Assembly (NCBI GenBank): GCA_036172245.1
Contig: JAYWIR010000038.1
Coordinates: forward strand, 806,001 to 870,000
DNA length: 64,000 nt
Reading direction: 5' to 3'
Source: Raillietiella orientalis
Lineage: Eukaryota
Shown here: in pieces, positions 1 to 12,200 of the stretch
Layout of the letters: each line of letters opens with the position of its first letter
Numbering within the stretch: the stretch's first letter is position 1
Notes under the pieces: generated by a model
Seen by the model: the letters and a program-made list of their open reading frames with translations, nothing else
What the model was told of the DNA's origin: nothing
Databases searched by the model: none
Made by a program: the position numbers and the translations under genes

Positions 1-5
1 AATGA

Positions 6-290
6 GAGAAGGAATTTAACGAAGAAAGGTTGAAGTCTCCGAAGACAGCGTGGTAATGGTGCTTCTATTTGCTCCAAGATTACATGGCGGTCTTGGAGCA
101 AAACCAGCGTGTATGGTGGTTTTGTATTCATGCTGGTTTTGCAGAAAATCTGTGATGGTGTACTTTCTCCCTTAAGGACAGTCATTTCACGAAGTATTGG
201 ATGTTTGAGAATGAATTTTTGAATATCTTTATTCAAAATGTGCTGGATGATTTTTACATGGAAGTATTGCAGGAGTTGAGGGGGAGGGGA
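6..290 (+). mobile_element. Degenerate YqaJ/lambda-exonuclease-like domain fragment (as carried by ISL2EU/Kolobok-type DNA transposons)
   Basis: One frame, broken by two stops, reads ERLKSPKTAW*WCFYLLQDYMAVLEQNQRVWWFCIH...FENEFLNIFIQNVLDDFYMEVLQEL. This resembles the YqaJ C-terminal pattern LKxxHxYYYQVQGQMAV..W(C)xFVVW...FDxEF...LxxFY....EL. Recognised by eye only. Confidence 0.3.
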
Positions 291-2249
291 AAGGATCATA
301 GGACCCAGAGTAGCAGGTAGAATTCTGATCTTTCAAGCACTCTTCATAATAACAAGCGACCAGAAGCTTTATCGGAAATAGATCATGATATCGAATTCAA
401 AAGTGATCCAAGGTCTTTCAAGATAATTACCTCTTTCATTTTTAATTAGGGTGTGCAATGTCATGTGATGGCAAAAAAAAGTCATGTCGTTTTCTTCATT
501 CCCGCCTCTGTCACGCTTTAGTTTTCAGAATTTCAATTTCAAATGGTGAAGGTTACCAAAGGAAAAAAGAAAGAACGAAGGAATGAAAAAGAGAGACTTA
601 CACAGTCTGTTAAAAAGAGAGGATGCTGAATTTCATCAGGAACGATTTCCCCAGCACGTTTAGAGGCACCTTAGGGTGTCTCGTGGAGACGAAATAGCGA
701 CTCATGTGCCAAATGCTTCCGATTTGCAATAACAAATTCAACGAAAAGGAAAACTTTAAAAAGATTGTCTTTTAAAAAGGGAAAAAAAATGTATGGAACA
801 TTTTTTTTTAAAAAAAAAAATAGCAGTGGATAGCAATGAACACCTTTTTTTTCCATTGTTTTGAATAGTGAAAAAAGCGAGTTCATGAATGGGAAGTTGC
901 CCATGGTGTTATCATTTCTTAGCATGCAGTCATCTTTCAGTTGAGAGGTGGACTGTGTGAACTGTCCTCACTATGCAAGCCTATGTATGGATGTAGTCAC
1001 CTTCGCGTATTCAAGCAAAGAGAGAAGTGTTGCAAGAGAAGATTTACTAAGAGCTGTAACTACCTACTGCCTACCCATGTCTAATTACATGAATAAGGAG
1101 CAAAACGGCAAGTTGTAAAGAACGTCGGGTTGCAGAAAAAGGAGACCGTCATAGATCCAATAGGGATCAATATAAGAGTACTTTTCGTTCGATTCGTAAG
1201 TTATTATTGGACTGTTTTTCCATAAATTCCAGAGATTCCGAAAACAGTGCTGAAACCCAGAATGGAAACATTTGTCTGGCGATTCCTCAAATCCTGAGAA
1301 TCGCAAATCCTTGGGGCACTGCGAGCTCGGTTTTCGTAACAGGCAATCAAGGGCTCAGGTCAAAATTTATCGAATCGAAAACCGAGCGGTTCTTTCGTTT
1401 TCATTTGCAATTATCATTCAAGGTGCACTTCACCACGCAGAAGACCGCACGTTCGAGGATCTTTGATTAATGGGTTCGTTTCGTTTATGAATTTTTAAAT
1501 CTGTAGTTCGCCCCGCATTCGGAGATGATTGCTGTCGATTGCATATCTAATGAAACCAACTCATTCCTCGATGCACTCATCCTTGTCATGTGAGCGGCAT
1601 CAGTTTAGTTCAGAACTGCCTTGTCATGTTTTTGCCTTGTGTGTTTCGTAGATGGCACACCTTCCGTAAAGTATGAAGTTACGAAGTCAGCTGATTGCCT
1701 GTGTTATATGAAGGATTATTGCACTTAGTTGAATTGGAATCGAAAGTTATTCTTCATGAATGGGTTCTGGTACAGTTTTTTTTTCTGTGGAGGGCAGATT
1801 GCGTCTTTCCTCCTCCGCTTACTCACAGCAGACTCGGAATGCTTCGGCCAGCATTGCTTCTTATCAGCGCAGTTCTGTTCTCTTCAGGGCCCAGCACAAG
1901 AAACATATTCCCATTCCCTGTAGTAAATTTGAAGTGCCTCCTTTTCAATTTCAACTCCAGCATGGCTTCATCCATCCTGTTTTCCAAGACTTGCTGGATA
2001 CGAAGTTTACGGTTCTGTTCCCAGAATCTGGCCATGAAACGTTCTGCGCTCAAGTCGCTGCGTCGTCATGACATCCTCATGACGAGCTCGTCTCTATCAA
2101 GGTTTGCTCACTCGGATTGCGTCTGATTCCCGGTTCTCCCTGGAAGGTTCTTGTTTTCTTCTTCTATCTTTATTTTGAGTAGTAGCGAGACTTTCCAGGT
2201 GTTATAGGCATGCATTCTTGGAGTTGTTCCTGAAACAGTGCACATTTGT

Positions 2250-2560
2250 AATTCATCGAACCGTGCACACCAACTGCATTGTATTGGTGTACAAAGCATT
2301 ACAACATGTGGATTGATCACTTCAGGTTCTTCGTTTTGATAGAAAAGGGAGCAGTGTTCACAAAAAAATGGAGTTCTACCTTTGTATACAAGCGTTTCGT
2401 GTGCGTTAGCGTGCAATGTTCGCTCTACGTTGATCGTGTAATTTCAGGTACCAATTACTTGTCCTCCGGCCCTATTTGTGTATATGTATTGTCATTTGAT
2501 TTGCCCAAGATTCCCCATAGAATCCATCTAATGGCTTCTGCTTCTCGTTTCCGGTGTTAA
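2250..2560 (-). mobile_element. Degenerate L1/Tx1-like ORF1 (RRM plus zinc-knuckle region) fragment
   Basis: Minus strand reads DSMGNLGQIK*QYIYTNRAGGQVIGT*NYTINVERTLHANAHETLVYKGRTPFFCEHC...IQCSWC, similar to the LVxYxGQxxxCxxC pattern of Tx1-type ORF1. In-frame stops present. Confidence 0.25.
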
Positions 2561-3282
2561 TCACCCTGTCGCAAATGTCCATTCGTCTTGTCTCAGATCA
2601 GCAGCTGCGTTTGCGAAGGAATTTATTCTTCCCCTTCAGTTGCAGTTTTGGCAATGATTTGGATTCGATTTTTTGCCCAAGTGGTGCTCGTTCTATCTGT
2701 TCACTCTTCGATCAGTACATGTAGTTCAGCCTGCCCTGTACATCTAAGAATACATGCAATCCAAGTGTGCTAGGGAGTAGTATTTGGTTTACTGGTTTGC
2801 ATATGTGTTTCGTGTACATGGATTTGGGTGTGTAATATGTGAGTCGCTTGAATCTTCGACATCGGTGTTGTGTCTCATGATTCGTAGAGACGAGTTTTTT
2901 CGTCTTATGGATGTTTGCATTACTTTGTCTTGTCAGCGAGTCCGCCCTCTTGTTGTTTTTCTTTTTTGGCTAGGATCCAGTTGGGTTTTTGAGATGCTTT
3001 GCCTCTATGGGAGAAGCTGCCATTTTTGAATAGAAGAGATGCTTTTTTTATTCTGTTTTATTTTGGGAGTTATGAATAGAATTCGTAATTTGTTGCCCTT
3101 AAAACCATAGGGAAAAAACGTGACTCAAGCAATGTTTTGCAGTCTTCCTCCTTTTAGCTGCAGCCTCGTTGGCCACGTGGCACGGAGGTAGCCACGTCTG
3201 CTGCAGTCATCTTTCGTATTACGTTTGACGCTATGGTCGTTCCGTCTTTAGCTCATGATTTCCTGAATCCATTTCATGACAG

Positions 3283-6200
3283 TTATTCATTTCTTCAATG
3301 GTCACGTATGAATTATATGAGCTGCAGAAGAATTATTACATAAGAATCTCTCTCTCTCAGGCTAAACATGTCAACAGTAGTAGGTGTTTTGGCCGTGAAG
3401 GAGCTGATTTACTGAATGGTGGCTATTTATCCATTCTGCATACCTTCCTTAAGGCATTGTGTTTATTTTATGTCGATCGTTACATTATGAAAGCTTGTTT
3501 TAAAGCATAGTTTCTGTTTGTTTCGTACACGTGAATAATGAGCACCCAGGTGTTTTCTTCGCAACACCCTGAGTCAGAATCGTTTTGCATGGGTATTGTG
3601 ATTTATTTATTTTGCTGTATTCGTCACCACTCAGTCGGTCATCGAAAATTCTCTAGTATTCGTTTATGAATAACCCGTTCTATTATGTATAGTTGGTTAT
3701 AAGTTGCCAAACATTTGTAAAGTTATTCCTATCCTTTTAGCGAAAGCTGGTTTACAACATGGAGACATAGTGTATTTAAGGTATAACGCAAAGTCTCAGG
3801 AAGGTGAAAACAAGGAAGGTCTGTATGTTGGCTCTAATTGATTGGATGTGAAGTAAATAGTAATTTAACTTAATGCTGTAGAATTTGAAAGTGCTTCCAT
3901 AAATGTAAACCGCGCCGTACGTGTAACTTTGTAACGTTAGTAACTTTGTGTACTTTGCGTACAAATGCTGTTCTGTGAGAATTGCTTTACTTTGTTTTTC
4001 GTTTTGTACATAAGAGTCGATCACGCTTTTAGCGGAGGTCGTATTTTTATAACGATTTTGTATTCCCAGACACTAAGATCGAAGAAGATGAAGTTGATAA
4101 AATTTTGCGTAACATGGATGGCAAAATCGAAAGGAAAAGAGATGAGCATTAGTAAGTATGCTGCTGCCAGCTTTTCGTATGAGTGCATTATCAATCCAGT
4201 CATTCCCAACTCTGAAAATCATGCGATTGATCCAAAACTAATTGACGAAGACTACGTTCAGATCGAGTCGGGGTTTGAGGCGGACCCATTTTACTTGGGA
4301 CTTCCCCGAAAGGGTAGTCTGGGGTTTTCAGTAGACGTGAGAATTATTATTCAGTTAGTTTGTTCTGTATCTTCACGATCTGCTTGAGCTGAAACAAAAA
4401 TATCCGCATGTTTCGATGATACGAAATCCGCAGTGCCTCTAGAGCCCTCTGTATCGTGGCTTTGAATGTAAATTTCCACACGTTTTACCTCTGGCAATGA
4501 AACAAGGCCGTAAATGGCATAGCAGCTTGTTTCTGGTCTTGGCAAACTTTGGCCTTCTTTCAACGTAAAGTGTGCGTAGCCCTCATTCACGGTTGTTGTT
4601 GTTGTTTCCCATTCCATTGAAAACATTCGTCTGTTGCTGCTGACCCATTTATGCAACGTATCCAACACATGTACGAGTGTATAAATAATTCTGGGTTTGT
4701 TTTCATTCAAGAAGACCTGATCTTGAGAATGCTACGCTACAGTAATGTTTCACAAACGTAATCCGATCAGGCAGGTCAACTTGATATGTGATGCCTTCTT
4801 GCCCATCACTCCACACGTCTGGAAGGATGTCATTCCGGAACTCTAGCTCCCACGAAAAGTAGGGACAGGGAGAAATTGTCTTGTTGGAAGGAAATGCAAC
4901 CAAAGGAGATGATTGCATTAAGTTAGACGCTGGAGATTCTGTGCAACACTGTCAAGTAGCCCACCACTGACCATTCTACTGTTCCGTAAAACCGTCGAGT
5001 ATTCTTCGTCAGCTTCTCCCAAGACCACGTTACTTTCAAGCAGGTTCTTTGGTGTTTCCAGTCTTTGAGAATGCACCTTTTCAGAGTCCCTTTCTTGAAA
5101 TTTACCTCAAAAATGGGGGAGGTAACTTTGCTGCTGCCGTGCTGATTTTTCTTCGAGACATTCGTAAAAGAACGAGGAGTCGAAACAGAAGGGAAAAACG
5201 TTTTGGGGATGCGCAACTGTTTGCCGACAACAAAAACAGTCACTGTGCCCTCGTCGGAGGCCTTGTGGTTTAGGCTTCCGCGTGTGGTACCACGCGTCGC
5301 GGGTTCGAATACTCCGGCAGAAACTGTGAGGCCACTGCGTCGTCGGGTGCCGAGTTTCTCCTGCAGTGGCGCTGGTTGGCCTAATCATTCGGGATTGAGC
5401 CGGAGGCCCCCGATGAAGGCCGGAACAATGGGAGTCGACCTTCGGGTCCTTCCAGGAAAAAAGGAGTGGGGAGTTCCCCCTCCGGTCGTACAACGGAGAG
5501 CGGACCCCCCTCACCGGGATCCGCCTCCGGTTTCAAGATGGAGCAGGGGCCCTCACGGGCACCTCTCCAGTTGCTCAAAGGAGCGGACCCCCCCTGTTGG
5601 GGGGTCCCTCCGAGTCGTCGCCTCTTCACAGAGTGTGCACAAGGAAGCAAGCGAGAGCGATTCCCCTGCGGGAAGCTGCAGCGCCCCTTCTGAGTTTCGG
5701 AAGCGCCCCTTCGGGGTTCTCTTCAGAGGGGTAAACAGGAGCGGTTCCCTTGCGGGTTCCCTCCGGAGAAGAAATTCCTGCTAGCGGATCCTTTCCGGGT
5801 TCCCTTCGGAGAAGTTGAAATGGAGAGGATCACCCCCCTCCCAGGGGATGTCCCTCAGGAGAGAATGAGGAAGGAGATTCCCTTCAGATTTGCGGAGCAT
5901 CGCCAAGTTTTGTCTATTGGAAGTGTATGCCTCTCGTGTTCATTCAGTAGAGAAGGAAACATCTGCGCCATGCAGCAGCGCCGTGCTTTGGGAATGTGCA
6001 CATCATAGACGGGATCGTAGAGAAGTATGGACGTGAAAAGAATTAGAAAATCCAAATTACGTTGTAAAAGTGCTGAGCTGCTTGCTGTTCGGAGAGCCTC
6101 AGAGCAAGCATGCGTGCACAGCGAGGGTGTCAGCCCAGCAAAGTTGTGTTGGAATGTCAGCACCGGGGTCAAAGGGTTATCGGAATGTTTTGTTTGTTTA

Positions 6201-9200
6201 TTTATTTGTTTTTTTGATGGAACGAATACCATGGTTAGTTTTTAAACCTGTACTTGTTCGAGTGTGACCTGCGCTTGTCTTGATTTTTTTATGGATATGC
6301 TCCAGATCGATAACATTTCGATCTTTCGGGATAAGTAACGGAGGCTTAGGATAGCATCATTCTTAGAGGCAGTTGAAATAATTCGCTGCAGTCTGTATCG
6401 GCAAATCCGAATCAGAGGGAAAGATGGGTTTACTCAAGCGCAAGTATGCAGCTGATTTCAGAACATGGAAAAGTTTGGAAGCACAGAAGTGCCATTGTAA
6501 AGAATTAGAGATAGAACCTGGGATGTGTAAATGCTCCGTTCCATAAATAAATCAACTGCATGTTTCAGTATTAGCTTGGTTACATATTGCAAGAGTGCGA
6601 CGCAGAGTAGTAGTAGATCCTTAGACGCAAAGGAAGACCACACAGGGTTAAGAGTAGATTGAGGTTCAAAAAGGGAAAACCCGAGAGGGGACCGGGAAGA
6701 GTTAAAACTAGGATTTTTACAGATAAAAACAAAATGTAAAAAGAGTAAATAGGACGAGGCAAGGAACTGGGAAGACATTTCGAAGAGGAAAGATCTCCTT
6801 GACGTAAGAATAAGACGAAAAATATTTCTGAGGTGACTTCAGCTGGAATTACATATTGCATAATGAAGTCACGTCCCTAGTAGCGGGGGGGGGGGGAAAT
6901 AGAAAAAGAATCCTTGTCATCAATGTATTAACTGGAATTTTCTTCAATTTCGTTGTACAGTGTTAAAACAAACGTGACTGTTGAACTATTCCAATGCCAA
7001 GTCTCCCCGCTTTATTTGTAAGAAAAAAGAAATAGAAAATAAAAATTGGGCACACCTTATGAGTGTGTCCTGTATGTACTTATGCGCATCTGGTGTAGTT
7101 TATCATTATGCTTCATTGTACACGTTTCTTTGGAATTAGAAATTTACAATCGCTTTGAGCGTGCGTGAAAAATATTTTGGAAAAATATTGCAGCGTGTAC
7201 ACTGGGCCGGTGCCCAGTGATATATCTTGATAGGTGATTTGTTCTAAAAATACATTTGACTGATATTCATTGACTGGTGCTCTAACGTTCCGGATTGCAA
7301 GTGTCATGACACGTGCTTTTCAAATTTTTTTGTTAGCTGCCGTCACTCTTCCCAGAGCAAATGTATTCACTGTGTGCCCTTGGAGCCGTATGATGCTGCC
7401 TATCTAGAAGAGCAAAATATCAAGCATATGTCTTTTCATTCATACCTGAGGAAACAAATGGCAGGAATAACCAAGTATTTATGGCACTATTATTATGCTT
7501 ATTATCATGAAAACTATTTGAGGTAATTGATTAAAACAACATTGCAGTGGAAAATTCGTGATACTGGAGAATATAAGTTATAAGATCAAAGAAGGATGTA
7601 AGGAGCATCCGCCTTGGCCGAGAGGAATCTGTTCAAAGTGCCAACCAAACGCCGTGATGCTAAACAGACAGGTAGGAATTCGGTGTTCCGTTTCGTGATG
7701 GATTGCCGTGGGAATGCCTAAATAGGTGTTCTTTCGAAATGTATGTTTCGGGACACCTACGCCCCGAACTCAAGCGGGAGTGGTGTTGGCTCTCAGTACG
7801 GTGTGTGCTTTTAACATGTTTAACTTTGATAAGCCGCGCGCAGAGCTGATTTGCCTGCCGGGCGGACACACTCACTGATTACGTAATAGCAGCAAAAGCT
7901 CCGTGACCCGGGAAAGCGTGCCGGAGGGACTTTGAACGGAGGGTGTCATTTTGGAGCTCTGGGATCGCGATTCGAGTTTCATTTCCCTGTTTGTTCCCTG
8001 CCGATAGCGTGAATAGGTCAATGTCAAAATTGGTTACTTACACCTGACCCGATCCGTTCATTGCGTAATCAGTTTTGTTTGTTTGTTTTCCTTTTGCTCG
8101 TTTATGTACTTTTTTTTTTTAAAAAATCTGTTACTTTGAGCCTTTACTGATTCAGTGATTCGTAAACCGGTTGATTGCCTCGTTCGAAGATTGTCGGTCC
8201 ATGTGTTCCGTGATGCTGAAATGTCTCCTCGCTCCGTAGGTGTACAGGCACGTGGATTACATCGTGTTCGAGAACTCGGACGTTGTGGAATCTTTCCTGA
8301 ATTACTGGCGCAAAACTGGGAATCAGCGGTTGGGCTTTCTGTATGGGTACTACGAAGTGCACAAAGATGTGCCCTTGGGCATTAAAGCTGTGGTCACAGC
8401 CATATACGAGCCACCTCAGGTATGATTCGACCTGTCACCTTTTCTCAGCCCTGTGCTCTTCCGGTCATCCACGGTAAATCACTTACATAGCAATGATTTT
8501 GTGCGATAAGCGAAAAAGACGGCTAGCATTTCTGCGTGGCATACAATTATAGCAGACCAAGTAAATTCGGTGGAACTGCCATGCGTCGCGAAAAGAGCAT
8601 CTTCTCTCTCCCTTGTCCCGCGCCCGTCTCCTTTCTCGAGCGTGAAGCATGCCCCCCAGGCACAAGTCAAGTAACCCCGAATGAATTAAGTGCAAATGGG
8701 GAGGAAAAGGAGTCGAGGAATCGTGCGTAACCCGCTTTCGCTGCACGTTCCTCGGCAATTCCCGATTTCCGCGATGTTTCCCTTTCGTGAATGGGGAACC
8801 TCTTGCTTTCGCGAAAGATCGCTAAACTTGACGGGAAAAAAAAGAAAAAAAAGATTGCGATTGCAACACAAATCTAAGCAGCATTCAAGCGGTAAAATCG
8901 GTGCATTCTATTTTTCAAATTATTTGTTTCGCATTTGTAATTCAAGGAATCAACAAAAGATTCTATAATTCTTCTGCAAGACGAAAAGAAAAGCATAGTA
9001 GAAAACGTAGCCGAAAAGTTGGGTATAAGAAGAGTTGGTTGGATCTTTACAGATTTAATAGCTGAAGATAAGGCCAAAGGAACAGTGAAACATGTTCGGA
9101 ATTTCGAAAGTCATTTTCTCTCTGCACAAGAATGCATCATGGCAGGCTATTACCAAAATATGTATCCCAATCCCTGTCATTACGCCTCAAGCGGTTATTT

Positions 9201-12200
9201 TGGCTCCAAGTTTGCTACTGTTTGTGTCACAGGTAAATGTTATTATAAAAACAACAACAACAAAAAACAACTATAGGTTCGAAAGTTCTGAATGCCTCAA
9301 ATTTCGCTTTGGCCTGGCGAAGTGATGTTAAGATTCGATGCTGTTGTTTGAAAGTGGTGGTCGCTCTTGCTTAAAGCTATCAGCAATAGAAAATCTGTGG
9401 TTATGAGACTTTCGTATGATTGTGAGCACCCGTCCCTTGACCCGTCATGTCCGGCCGCTATATATATATATATATATATATATATCTTCTCGTTTGGCTT
9501 CCGGTTCCTTATGTGTGTTTTTTTTTCCCCCAAATGCCGGGGAAGTTCTGCTTGGAGATTCTTTGTGGTTGCCTAGCAGAAGTCACTCCAGCCGTCGCTC
9601 CGAAATGAGATGATGAGCTTTTTCCCAGGTTCTGTCAACTGCTGTTTATCGTAGTCCCGAATCATGCGCTAAGGAAAGCGGATAACCGGTTGACAACTCT
9701 TTCAAACACCACGCCCGACTTCTGTCCGAGCTGTGGCAGCAGCCCTCAATTCACAACGTGTGATTCCGGAGCATCAGAAATCTGGTGGGGTCTGTCGATT
9801 GGCATGTTACCCCTCTTCAACAGCTCAGCCAGCTAAATTGTGGTGCGGCGGTTTTAAAGTTGGCTCCGTTCGAAGAAAGTGATCATCACTTGGTGTGTGA
9901 GAGTGGGGTGGATCTGTCCGGAACTTTCTCTGCCGTCGCGAGTTCAGTATTAGGAGAAATATGCTGCAGCGGGTTTTCAAGTAGAATCCGTCCATCAGTT
10001 CAGGTTGCTCGTCCTTCTGCCGGTTGCACATATGGTTCGAAAATTCCACGCAGGGCTCTGCAACCGTCGTGGAAAAAGCGGTAGTCGTCGTTTTCAGGGG
10101 ATGAAACCCCTTAGCTCTTCTCTGCTCTGAAAACTGTCGCGAAACACGCGCTCCGAAGGCGGTTCGTCAGTTCGAGAAAAACGAGGTCCTCCTGGTGAGT
10201 CACAGCGCTTGTGGGCTTAAGCGCTCACGAAAGAAAGTCCTCTTGAACTATCGGAGAGAAAGATAACGGAACAGCCCTTCTTCTCTCCTGCGCCCCCCTC
10301 CCCTTCCCCCCTCCCATGCAAGCACTCTGCAATCATCGGTTCATCACAGTTCTATCTTCATCAACTACAGCGGGATCGCCGTTCCTTGATCAAACCCATG
10401 GTTCCTCCCACGTCTGCGTTACCTTGGATACCACTTGCAGAATCCTTGTGGGTGCAGTGCACATCTACAGATTCTTGAAAATAGCTCTCGTCTCGACGTT
10501 GTCTTGACCCCAAAGTGCTCCTTTCACCGTGCTACTGCAAAGGCTTCTGTAAGTTCCAGGCATTGGAGCGCACTTAGAAAAAACGTTCAAGAACACGCCA
10601 CGGAAGGAATGCAGCAGTTTTTTTTTTTTTTTTTTTTTTTTCGAGACGTCAGTTGCCGATAGTGATGAACTTTATCCGTTTTCTTCCCGTCTATTTCGTA
10701 CCACATCGCTGCTGAACATTACTGCTGTCGCAGGCCTGTTCCAAGAAGATCGTAGGGACACTTTGAAGGGACTGCAAAGGGCGTCGGTGCGTGGTTTTCC
10801 GGATTTTAATGCTGCTGTGGAAGGCACAACCACACTGTGTGGATTGCAACCAACACGAGCAGGTTTAGCAAAGTGCGCACCCGGAGCTTGGCTTTGGTCT
10901 TTCCTGCTTAGTTCCAGTGGGCTCTCTCTCCCTTCTTTTTTGTGCGTTTGGTCTCCTTCTTGCTTAACTGGGGTGTCTCTTTGTTTCTTCATGTCCCTGG
11001 AAATTCGCTACTGGGATCAATTTCTAGAGAAGCAGCCTGATCTGGGAACGTGGAAGTACACAGGAAGCAGCCTAACCCGACTGTAAAGGCAGAGAGTTTT
11101 TGTATCTTCTGACTCCCCTTGGCATGTGCATGTGTGTAGGTCAGCTGAGAGAAAGTTTGAAGACTTTGAGAAACGGGCTCATTACATGGAAACACATGCT
11201 GGTCCTAGAACAGCCTCATCTGTGTGTTGGGGGGGGGGGGGTATGTGTGTCGTGAAAGATTGGAGTCATTTGCTCAACTTCGTGTCTGCGACGAACATCC
11301 TCGAAGGTATATTGAGGATTCAGTAAACTGTTTGCACTTTGCATTTTCCTGGATGAGGTTCATTCCATCATTGTCTCATTCCTCGGAAGCTGCAGCCTAA
11401 CGTCATTATTAGGTGCTCATCGGGTTTTGTGACAACTGTTGATGACGGTGATTATCATTTCCTTCATCAGATCTTCGATTTTACTGATTTTACATCGAGT
11501 TACGAGAGCTGCGATCAGTGTCGTGGACCCAAGGCGGCGGCCGCAGAACAGAGCCTCCTCCTTTTGCTCGTTGCCTGCCGCGTCTTCACACTCTTTCCAC
11601 TTGTCATTCTGTCCGCACGCTTTCGACCGGAGCTGACGTTCGATGCACCAAGCGGTCAGGAAACCCCCCCCCCCCCTGTTCTTGAATGTCAAGATATCAT
11701 GCTGTCCCCGTTTTGAGACTGCAGCCTTGATTTTACGGGAATTCTGCGGAATCGGCCTACGATATTGTTCGTGGTGGTGGTGGTGGGTGGGGACCTGAAA
11801 ATCCACTGTATCGAAATTTACTGTTAAAGTCGGAGTGCGCGAGGCTGTTCCTGTGATACGGCGGTAGAATTTCGTGTTCCCACGCGACTCCGGAAGCGGT
11901 GTTGCCTTTCAAGATTTCGGAAGGTGCACGCCGTGTCACCGTTACCTTTGTCCAGGCATGCGTGAAGGTCGCGTGTTGATTCGTCTGATTGGTTTTGCTT
12001 TTGCTTTCACTTTTCGTGTAGTGCCATCCTTGTGGCCATTGACTTGTGTTCGTGGGGTGAGTAGTGGCACTTGGCCGTTTCCGCAGGTGGTTCTTGTTTC
12101 TGGACTCCTCTTCCGTACCGCAGCGTTTTGCGATTGCACCCGTGCTGGAGTCCTGCCAGTGTCGAAAAAGCGAATGACACACGTGAGGAAAGCACGGACC

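Noticed and set aside
1085..1670. Chain of short GT-AG-like segments (1196-1232, 1359-1422, 1474-1506, 1590-1651) that could be NPL4 5' exons or a small gene
   Set aside because: No continuous ORF with a start across all pieces, and no clear match to the NPL4 ubiquitin-like N-terminus. Segments 1507-1589 and 1652-1670 are phase-compatible with exon 3283 but unproven.
5480..5830. Short recurring motifs (gagcggaccccc, ttccc..gcggg) suggesting a CRISPR-like or tandem array
   Set aside because: Irregular spacing, no constant repeat length and a eukaryotic context; better explained as GC-rich decayed coding sequence.
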